Source: Bacteroidota bacterium (GTDB taxonomy: Bacteria; Bacteroidota; Bacteroidia; UBA4408). From it: a stretch of 64,000 bases of DNA. The stretch lies in the NCBI GenBank assembly GCA_016718805.1, contig JADKCP010000004.1, forward strand, positions 12,284-76,283, given 5' to 3'. Numbering within the stretch: the first letter of the stretch is position 1; every line of letters begins with the position of its first letter. The position numbers and the translations under genes were made by a program. The notes beneath the pieces were generated by a model that had not been told where the DNA came from, searched no databases, and was given only the letters and a program-made list of their open reading frames with translations. This document shows positions 1 to 7,597 of the stretch, piece after piece.

Positions 1-1
1 C

Positions 2-1087
2 CAAAGGGTGCATAAAACCTGCATGTGCTTACACCAACTTGGTTTTGAGGTAATGTTAGTTGGACGCAGGTTAAGAGACAGCATGGAAGTAAATGACCGT
101 CCTTACAAAACGCACCGTATGAAATTATTTTTCACAAAAGGAGTTTTCTTTTACCTGGAATTTCAAGTGCGTTTGTTTTTGTTCTTAGTGTTTAAAAAAA
201 CACACTTATTAGTAGCAAATGATTTAGATACCTTGCTACCAAACTATGCAATTTCAAAAATCAAAAAAGCAAATTTAGTGTATGATACGCATGAATATTT
301 TTGCTACGTGCCCGAATTGATGCACCGACCTTTGAAGCAAAAAACTTGGTTAACACTTGAGAAATGGCTTTTTCCAAAGCTCAGTACCATTATTACGGTG
401 AATGATTCAATTGCAGAGAACTATCAAAAAGAATATGGAAAAAAACTGCATGTAATAAAAAACGTACCAGCTAAAAGCAATTTTAGTTTGCAAAATAATC
501 CTGCTAAAACAAAGGAAGAATTAGGGTTGCCCGGTGATAAAAAAATTGTGATTCTGCAAGGAGCCGGAATTAATGTAAACCGCGGTGCAGAGGAAGCAAT
601 AGAAGCGATGCAATATGTTAGCAATGCCGTATTTTTAATTGTTGGAAGTGGGGATGTGTTAGAAGATTTAAAGTTAAAGGTATTGTTGTTAAAACTTGAA
701 AATAAAGTATTCTTCATTAAAAAACTACCTTTTAAAGAAATGCTGGAGTACACGCGTGTGGCCGATATCGGTATATCTCTCGACAAAGGCAATAGCTTAA
801 ATTATTACTATAGTTTACCCAATAAACTATTTGATTATTTCCATTCGGGCATTGCAGTATTAGCATCGTCCTTGGTAGAAATAAAAAAAATAATGGATGA
901 ATTTTCTCCGGGAACAATGATTGATTCGCATGACCCAAAGCACATTGCCGAAAAAATAAATTTTATGGTTTCGAATGATCAGAAGATGAAAGAATGGAAA
1001 GCAAATGCTAAACTTGCAGCCGAAAAATATTGTTGGGAAAACGAAGAAGCAAAACTGATTGAAATATACCGCCCCTTTGCAAACTAA
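2..1087 (+). CDS. Glycosyltransferase family 4 (GT-B), 5' end truncated by the window edge
   Basis: The frame is open from base 2 (QRVHK...). It contains YDTHEYF and the GT4 C-terminal signature PNKLFDY...GIAVLAS. Confidence 0.85.
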   Translation, partial: QRVHKTCMCLHQLGFEVMLVGRRLRDSMEVNDRPYKTHRMKLFFTKGVFFYLEFQVRLFLFLVFKKTHLLVANDLDTLLPNYAISKIKKANLVYDTHEYFCYVPELMHRPLKQKTWLTLEKWLFPKLSTIITVNDSIAENYQKEYGKKLHVIKNVPAKSNFSLQNNPAKTKEELGLPGDKKIVILQGAGINVNRGAEEAIEAMQYVSNAVFLIVGSGDVLEDLKLKVLLLKLENKVFFIKKLPFKEMLEYTRVADIGISLDKGNSLNYYYSLPNKLFDYFHSGIAVLASSLVEIKKIMDEFSPGTMIDSHDPKHIAEKINFMVSNDQKMKEWKANAKLAAEKYCWENEEAKLIEIYRPFAN

Positions 1088-2210
1088 AGAGCTCCATGTT
1101 GTATCTTTTAATGTTCCCTTTCCGGCCAACTACGGCGGGGTAATAGATGTATATTACAAACTTTTCCAATTGCATCAACTTGGCGTAAAAATACATTTAC
1201 ATTGCTTTGAATATGGTAGAGAAATAGCACCACAACTGAATACTTTATGCGAAAGTGTAAATTACTACCCACGAAAAAAAGGGTTGCTGTACTTATTCCA
1301 CTATTTGCCTTATATAGTGATTACACGTAAATCGGAAGCGCTTGTGCAACGCTTGATGAAGGATAATTTTCCGATACTATTAGAAGGTTTACATAGTTGT
1401 TATTTATTAGACGATGAGCGACTTTCAGCTCGATTTAAAATTTTTCGAGAGAGCAATATTGAACACGAATATTATTTTCATCTTTATAAAAGTGAATCAA
1501 AGTTTTGGCAAAAAGTATTTTACCGAATCGAAAGCTGGAAATTAAAGAAGTATGAAAAAATTGTTGCGAAATCACAATTGATGCTGGTGGTTTCACAAAA
1601 CGACACGCGTTACTTTCAACAACAATTTCCTAAAAACAAGGTAATTTATTTACCAAGTTTCCATCCTAATAGTTCAGTTGTTACTAAGCCCGGAAAAGGT
1701 GAATACGTGTTGTATCATGGAAATTTGGCCGTATCTGAAAATTACCTGGCTGCTCGTTATATACTTACTGAAATTGCAAGTAAATGTGCACATCAATTTA
1801 TTATTGCAGGTTTAAATCCACCACACGAGCTTGTTAAATTAGCGCAGTCTTATTCAAATGTTTCACTTATTGCAAATCCTGATGATGTGGAAATGGAGAA
1901 ATTACTTCGGAATGCACAAGTTAATTTGCTACTCACTTTTCAGGAAACTGGCTTAAAACTGAAACTGTTAAATGTGTTATATGGTGGAAGATTTTGTTTG
2001 GTAAATTCGGCCATGCTTGCAGGTACCGGATTAGATGAATTGTGTGTAATAGCTAATAGTCCGCAAGATATTATTAAGAACCTGAATGAATTGGTTGAAA
2101 AGGAGTTTACTACAAACGCTATTGAACGTAGAAAAATAAGTTTAGCTAAATCCTATTCGAATCAAGCAAATGCAGAGAAGTTGATTGCTGAAGTTTTTAC
2201 TTCAAACTAA
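1059..2210 (+). CDS. Glycosyltransferase, GT4-like
   Basis: N-terminal VSFNVPFPANYGGVIDVYYK motif and a C-terminal GT-B region (TGLKLKLLNVLYGG). It overlaps the upstream GT, so the two are likely an operon. Confidence 0.8.
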   Translation: MKYTAPLQTKELHVVSFNVPFPANYGGVIDVYYKLFQLHQLGVKIHLHCFEYGREIAPQLNTLCESVNYYPRKKGLLYLFHYLPYIVITRKSEALVQRLMKDNFPILLEGLHSCYLLDDERLSARFKIFRESNIEHEYYFHLYKSESKFWQKVFYRIESWKLKKYEKIVAKSQLMLVVSQNDTRYFQQQFPKNKVIYLPSFHPNSSVVTKPGKGEYVLYHGNLAVSENYLAARYILTEIASKCAHQFIIAGLNPPHELVKLAQSYSNVSLIANPDDVEMEKLLRNAQVNLLLTFQETGLKLKLLNVLYGGRFCLVNSAMLAGTGLDELCVIANSPQDIIKNLNELVEKEFTTNAIERRKISLAKSYSNQANAEKLIAEVFTSN

Positions 2211-2897
2211 TTAGGCAAAAGTTGGATTTGAATCGAGCACCCTTCCTGCTTCACATTTTATGGTACGTGATGGAAACTTTGTAAACAACGAATAATCGTG
2301 AGTCGCCATTACAATAGCCCTGCCTGTTTTACAAATTTCAAACAGTAAACTCATAATCTCTTCAGAAGTTTTTGGATCCAGATTTCCGGTGGGCTCATCT
2401 GCTAAAATTATTTCGGGATCGTTAATTAATGCACGAGCAATGGAAACACGCTGTTGCTCTCCTCCGGAAAGTTCGTGTGGCATTTTAAACCCCTTGGTAC
2501 CTAAACCAACTTTAGCTAAAACTTCCTGACAACGCTCTTGCATTTTGGTTTTGTCTTCCCAACCGGTAGCACGCATTACAAACAATAGGTTTTCGTTAAT
2601 ACTCCTATCGCTCAAAAGTTGAAAATCCTGAAAAACGATTCCCAATTTTCTTCTTAAAAAAGGAACCTCCTTATTTTTTAAAGCAACCAAATCAAATCCG
2701 GCCACTTTTCCATGACCTTCTTTAAGATGTAACTCACCGTATAAAATTTTAAGCAGACTACTTTTTCCACTTCCGGTTTCACCTATCAAATACACAAATT
2801 CGCCTTTATTAATTTCAATGTTTACATCAGTCAACACTAGGTTTGATTGCTGATACACAGAAACATTTTTAATTTCAATAATGGTATCCATTCCCAT
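2211..2897 (-). CDS. ftsE: Cell division ABC ATPase FtsE
   Basis: Walker A GETGSGKS, signature LSGGEQQRV, Walker [12 protein letters not shown], FtsE-type [11 protein letters not shown] and ATHD motifs. Confidence 0.85.
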   Translation of the reverse strand: MGMDTIIEIKNVSVYQQSNLVLTDVNIEINKGEFVYLIGETGSGKSSLLKILYGELHLKEGHGKVAGFDLVALKNKEVPFLRRKLGIVFQDFQLLSDRSINENLLFVMRATGWEDKTKMQERCQEVLAKVGLGTKGFKMPHELSGGEQQRVSIARALINDPEIILADEPTGNLDPKTSEEIMSLLFEICKTGRAIVMATHDYSLFTKFPSRTIKCEAGRVLDSNPTFA

Positions 2898-2953
2898 AGC
2901 AATTCATAAAAAATTTGGATAAAGGTATTAAATGTTTGTGTGTAGTTTTACTA

Positions 2954-3841
2954 CTATTTATTTTTGTTTGAAGTAAGCGAAAAAACGCGTGAAATATTGA
3001 ACCCGAAATGAACATCACCTTTGTTCCATTTCCCGTCGGTTTCAGTAATTAATATGCGCTCGTTCATTCCCAATGCATTGGTAAAATGAAGCTGAAAAAC
3101 ATGTCCTCCGGTTTCAATATCAAATCCTATAGCAAGCGGTTGTTGCACATTTAACAATTGCTGATTCGGAAGTTGATAAATATAATCGATGGTAATAGCT
3201 AGTCTACGAGTTAACTTTATGCGTGCTCCTGTTCCTATTGCTAAAATATCGTGTTTTTCACTGCTTGTTTTTACGATGTTTCGATGCACATGGGTGGGTG
3301 AAATTTGCAATGAAAAACTCTCCGAAAATTTACGGCCAATGATAAGTTCGTTGTAATACCCTAAACGAGAAGTATAATAATTTTTACGCTCGGGATATTC
3401 CCATTTCAAAAAACTATTTGTAATTCCGCTTACCAAAATCATTGAAAATGGAATTGATTTTTTACCTGTTGATTGCCAAAGTAAGCGATATTTCATAAAG
3501 GCATCGGCTTCCTTTTTATAGCTGCTGCGTCCTATACCAATCATAAAACGTGGACTAATGCCATAATCCAGCCCTAAGCGAACCCTAGCCTGATCAATTC
3601 CAAAAGCTTCATAAGCACCTCCGTTTATGGCACCAAAACGATGTAGGATCCGCACATCTAGTACCCCTTTGCCTATAAATTCGAGTGAATGACTGTTTAT
3701 TACTCGGGTAGATTTAAAAGCATTTTTCACAAATTCCTTTGTTGGAGCCTCTTCTTCCAGAAGGTCCATCATGTCTTGTGAAAATGCAGTTTGAAAAAAT
3801 ACAGTAAGAAAAAAAGCAAGAATATTATGTTTGTATTTCAT
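2954..3841 (-). CDS. DUF5777-like outer-membrane beta-barrel protein
   Basis: Sec signal peptide ending AFS|Q. Motifs RVINSHS, HRFG, DIETGGHVFQLHFTN and a C-terminal FGFNISRVF strand match this Bacteroidota family as I recall it. Confidence 0.75.
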   Translation of the reverse strand: MKYKHNILAFFLTVFFQTAFSQDMMDLLEEEAPTKEFVKNAFKSTRVINSHSLEFIGKGVLDVRILHRFGAINGGAYEAFGIDQARVRLGLDYGISPRFMIGIGRSSYKKEADAFMKYRLLWQSTGKKSIPFSMILVSGITNSFLKWEYPERKNYYTSRLGYYNELIIGRKFSESFSLQISPTHVHRNIVKTSSEKHDILAIGTGARIKLTRRLAITIDYIYQLPNQQLLNVQQPLAIGFDIETGGHVFQLHFTNALGMNERILITETDGKWNKGDVHFGFNISRVFSLTSNKNK

Positions 3842-3851
3842 GGTTGACTTG

Positions 3852-4214
3852 TTAATTATTTAAGGCTCCTGATGCAATCCATTTGTCTATCGACTCTAGC
3901 GAACAGCTTGATATTGGTCCTGAAGGAGGCATTGATTTTTCGGTAATTGCACGTACTTTAACTCGTTCGATACTCGCTTTTAAATTTGTGTATGATGATA
4001 AGTCTGGTGATTGAGCACCCGAGGTATGACAACCGGTAATTGCACATGAAGCAGCTATGAGGGGTTGAATGGTGGCACTATAAGTTGGAGTAGCAGTGTC
4101 GCAATTAGTGGTTGTTGTGGGATATAATTCAGACTCTACATCGTAATAACAGGCCGAAAAAAAAGTAATTATGAGCAGCAAAGCTATACTCCTATTTTGC
4201 AGTATATATTTCAT
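3852..4214 (-). CDS. Small monoheme c-type cytochrome lipoprotein
   Basis: Lipobox FSA|C, heme motif CAITGCH and distal Met in KSMPP. The start at 4214 overlaps the upstream stop as ATGA. Confidence 0.75.
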   Translation of the reverse strand: MKYILQNRSIALLLIITFFSACYYDVESELYPTTTTNCDTATPTYSATIQPLIAASCAITGCHTSGAQSPDLSSYTNLKASIERVKVRAITEKSMPPSGPISSCSLESIDKWIASGALNN

Positions 4215-4960
4215 TGAGGGTAATTTAAATTTATCCAATTGTTAATGATGTCGATTTCACATGCCGGTAACTTTTGCCCTCCTTTTGGCATATTCGAATA
4301 GGGTGCTTGATGTTTGATAGAACCTAGTAATGCTCCACTTTGTGCAGCAGCAACACAACTTGTATAGGTTTCCAAATTAATGCCATTGGGGGCATTCCCT
4401 GAATTATGGCAACCCTTGCACTTTAAATCAATAAATGGCTTCACTTTGGTGGTATAAGTTACATTAGAAGTATCGCAACTGTTGCAATAATTATTCTTAG
4501 CCCCTTGCGAAATCCATTTTGATATCCAAGTTATTTGTTGAGCAGTTAGCGGAGTATTCCCTGGTGGCGGCATTATTTTATTAGGGTCGGTTGATTTTAT
4601 TGTTTTCATAATATCTCCTTTCGCAGGATTTCCGGGAGTTATTTCACCGGAACTTAAAATACCTGTATAAGAATTAAACACAAAGCCTTCTTCGTGTGTA
4701 ATAGGATCGTGACAACCGGCTTTTGCACAGTTTGAAGTAAAGAGCGGTAAAATGGTAGTTGAGAAATAAACTGAATCCGAATCACATGGTATTAAATTTT
4801 GATTCGGAGTTGGCAATGTGGTCGAAGAAGTTGGTGTTAATTCCTCCATATTTAATGGATAATGTTTGCAACTTACAACTAACACAATGCAACAAAAAAC
4901 TATAAAATATAGTAGGTTATTTGATGAACTTTTGTGCGATATTTTTTTATCTATTTTCAT
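4211..4960 (-). CDS. Diheme c-type cytochrome lipoprotein (planctomycete cytochrome c-like domains)
   Basis: Lipobox VVS|C. There are two repeated domains, CAKAGCH...IMPPPG...ISKWISQGA and CKGCH...NMPKGG...INNWINL. Confidence 0.8.
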   Translation of the reverse strand: MKIDKKISHKSSSNNLLYFIVFCCIVLVVSCKHYPLNMEELTPTSSTTLPTPNQNLIPCDSDSVYFSTTILPLFTSNCAKAGCHDPITHEEGFVFNSYTGILSSGEITPGNPAKGDIMKTIKSTDPNKIMPPPGNTPLTAQQITWISKWISQGAKNNYCNSCDTSNVTYTTKVKPFIDLKCKGCHNSGNAPNGINLETYTSCVAAAQSGALLGSIKHQAPYSNMPKGGQKLPACEIDIINNWINLNYPQ

Positions 4961-4965
4961 ATAGC

Positions 4966-5379
4966 TTACACTTTTTCAAAGGTTAAATAATCTGTGCCCC
5001 CATTGCCACCGCTAACATCCTCGAGCTTTATGGTAGAAGAATTTTGTTCAACAACATGCCAGTCTTCACTCAAATCATCAAAAGGAGAACTTGTAAAATT
5101 GAGGTATAACTTGTCTTGGCTATCGTCGTTACCGCTCGACCAGGTGCCATTAACTAATGTACTTCCAGATGTAGCACTCACACTACCATTTGAATTAAAA
5201 TGAAATACAAATCCTGAAAACTTAGCAGTTTCGTTTTTCGAATTATCTTCAAAGTAGGTGATTTTCCAATTGCCTTGCTCAATAAAAGCATTCGTAGTTG
5301 GTGTGATGGAAGTTGAATTGTTAGAGCACGAAAAAAACAATAGAGACACTAGTAGTAATGAGGTTAGTAATTTTTTCAT
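4966..5379 (-). CDS. Lipoprotein, lipocalin-like beta fold
   Basis: MKK-hydrophobic-FFS|C lipobox, GNWKITYF and GTWS motifs. Confidence 0.65.
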   Translation of the reverse strand: MKKLLTSLLLVSLLFFSCSNNSTSITPTTNAFIEQGNWKITYFEDNSKNETAKFSGFVFHFNSNGSVSATSGSTLVNGTWSSGNDDSQDKLYLNFTSSPFDDLSEDWHVVEQNSSTIKLEDVSGGNGGTDYLTFEKV

Positions 5380-5564
5380 TGTATGAATGTTAGATGGATT
5401 AATAATTAATAATGCACTTAATAGGTTCTAATTTTTAGAATTAGGCTTAGGTTAAATTTTTGTCAGAAGCATAATTGTGTATTTTACTTTCACTATAAAG
5501 TGTACAAAGCAAAAGTTCGGTATGCAATAAGCAACTGATAAAAACCGATTGAGTAAATTGCGAA

Positions 5565-5951
5565 TTAGCCTAAAAGTAATTGCGGAGGATGAAAAACCAA
5601 TTTAAAGAAATTGGAATAGTAGGATGATTCGTCAGTTATAAAGTGTTCTGATTTTAGTTCAAAAAAAGGAACATTCGCTAGAGCAGTTGAATAAGCTGGA
5701 ACGACAAGCGGAGCTAAAGGAGCATTCTCGCCTGACTTAAAAGGCAATTCCATATCTCTGCTGTTATCTGCAGTATTGTTATCGTCGGTTACATAATGCA
5801 TTTTTAAAAAATCAATAAAACCAATTTGACTATCCAATTTCTTTGATTCTTCAAAATGCACCAGCAATACTTTTAGTTTCACCAACTCATGGAGATTCAT
5901 TACTGTAAAACAGTAAACTAATAGTAAGGTGGTTATACCAATTCGTTTCAA
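5565..5951 (-). CDS. Conserved Bacteroidota exported leader-type protein ending in FHPP
   Basis: TTG start, N-terminal hydrophobic segment, ELVKL..L..HF, FIDFLKMHY, D..D..D.ELPFK and C-terminal VFHPPQ. Confidence 0.65.
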   Translation of the reverse strand: MKRIGITTLLLVYCFTVMNLHELVKLKVLLVHFEESKKLDSQIGFIDFLKMHYVTDDNNTADNSRDMELPFKSGENAPLAPLVVPAYSTALANVPFFELKSEHFITDESSYYSNFFKLVFHPPQLLLG

Positions 5952-5989
5952 AATTCGATGATGATTTTTTGTAGGAACTAAAAGTACTT

Positions 5990-5997
5990 CAAAAATA
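5990..5997 (-). promoter_or_regulatory. Bacteroidota -7 promoter box for the leader/cytochrome region
   Basis: The minus strand reads TATTTTTG (TAnnTTTG consensus), about 40 nt upstream of the 5951 start. Confidence 0.5.
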
Positions 5998-6200
5998 ATG
6001 AAGCTACACTTAAAATTAGCCGAATGGGAAGAATAGTGAGTTGAATAAAATAGAAACTTTGAAATAAAAATTGCCCTTCGATTTAGTACACTAAGAAACT
6101 ATTTTAACCTTTACTATAGAAGTAACTAAAGCTAAAAACATTTATAAAAACCGGGGAGTACAAAATGAAGATAAAATGTTAACAAATGAGTCTTCAACAT

Positions 6201-6231
6201 TTTGTACCGGCTGTTTTTTAGTTTAATTTTG
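6201..6231 (+). promoter_or_regulatory. Bacteroidota sigma-70 promoter of carA
   Basis: TTTG at 6201-6204, a 19-nt spacer, then TAATTTTG at 6224-6231. Confidence 0.7.
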
Positions 6232-6258
6232 CCCAGCATTTCAAGCAAAAATCCTTCA

Positions 6259-7392
6259 ATGAAACAATCCGATAAACAAAAAGCCTTGCTGGTATTGCAA
6301 GATGGGACCGTTTACAGCGGTACAGCAATTGGAAAAACCGGTACAGCAACCGGAGAGATTTGTTTTAATACGGGGATGACAGGTTATCAAGAGATTTTTA
6401 CGGACCCATCTTACTACGGACAAATGATGTTGATGACCAATGTGCACATTGGAAATTATGGAGTACATGATGCTGAAATTGAATCGGAAAGTTTAAAGAT
6501 AGCGGGTTTAATTTGCAAAAGTTTTAGCGAACACTATTCACGCAAAGCCGGTAGTAGTTCACTAAACGACTACTTAGTAAAAGAAGGATGTGTCGGTATT
6601 GCAGATATTGACACTCGTGCATTGGTGCGCCACATTCGCGATAAAGGTGCAATGAATGCAATCGTTTCATCTGAAGATTTGGATATTTCTAGTTTGTTGG
6701 CTAAAGTTGCAAAAGTACCTTCGATGGCAGGACTTGAACTATCATCGGTAGTTTCTACTCGAACAGCTTATACCTTGGGAAATCCAGAAGCTGCTTACCG
6801 TGTATCAGTAGTGGATTATGGCGTAAAGAAAAATATTTTGCGTTGTTTGGTCGAACGTGGCTGTTACGTTAAAGTATTTCCGCATTCAGCAAGTTTTGCT
6901 GAACTAAAGTCTTTTGAACCACATGGATATTTTTTATCCAACGGCCCCGGCGATCCTGCAGCAATGAATTATGCTTTTGAAACAATTAAGGCCATTGTAA
7001 ATTCGGGCAAGCCTGTATTCGGAATTTGTTTAGGACATCAGTTGTTGGCTGAATCACTTGGCATTCGCACTTATAAAATGCACAATGGCCATAGAGGAAT
7101 AAATCATCCGGTTCAGAATACAATTAGTGGAAAATGTGAAGTTACCTCTCAAAACCATGGATTTGCAGTTAATTCAGAAGATGTAAAAGCACACACTGAT
7201 TTAGAAATAACCCACATCAACCTCAACGATGGAACGTTAGAAGGCATGCGCATGAAAAGTAAAAAAGTATTTAGTGTTCAATATCATCCGGAAGCCTCTC
7301 CCGGACCGCACGACTCTCGCTATTTGTTTGATGAGTTTGTTGAAAATATGCGCAGCAGTAAACTTGAAAAAAAACAGGTTATTGCTTCTTAA
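6259..7392 (+). CDS. carA: Carbamoyl-phosphate synthase small subunit
   Basis: GEICFNTGMTGYQE, LSNGPGDP, catalytic GICLGHQ and QYHPEASPGP. The start is moved to the ATG at 6259, downstream of the promoter. Confidence 0.97.
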   Translation: MKQSDKQKALLVLQDGTVYSGTAIGKTGTATGEICFNTGMTGYQEIFTDPSYYGQMMLMTNVHIGNYGVHDAEIESESLKIAGLICKSFSEHYSRKAGSSSLNDYLVKEGCVGIADIDTRALVRHIRDKGAMNAIVSSEDLDISSLLAKVAKVPSMAGLELSSVVSTRTAYTLGNPEAAYRVSVVDYGVKKNILRCLVERGCYVKVFPHSASFAELKSFEPHGYFLSNGPGDPAAMNYAFETIKAIVNSGKPVFGICLGHQLLAESLGIRTYKMHNGHRGINHPVQNTISGKCEVTSQNHGFAVNSEDVKAHTDLEITHINLNDGTLEGMRMKSKKVFSVQYHPEASPGPHDSRYLFDEFVENMRSSKLEKKQVIAS

Positions 7393-7539
7393 ATTTACGG
7401 TAGGTTAGTAATATTTTCCTAACTTCATAATTCTATAATTCCCTCCATTCTTCTTTATTAATAGGAATTTCGTAAATCGTTGCCTTACCATTAAGTATAC
7501 TTTATTCATTTGAACGAGTAAGAAATTACCCATTTTGGC

Positions 7540-7570
7540 TTGTACTTGTTAGTGGTTTGATTTAGTTTTG
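7540..7570 (+). promoter_or_regulatory. Promoter of the PKD/T9SS gene
   Basis: TTG at 7540-7542, a 20-nt spacer, then TAGTTTTG at 7563-7570. Confidence 0.6.
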
Positions 7571-7597
7571 TATCGAACAATTAAAACAACCTTCATT

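Noticed and set aside
2205-2216. Convergent genes abutting with no terminator (also 22760/22762 and 30498/30506)
   Set aside because: This is common in compact Bacteroidota genomes and gives no specific signal.
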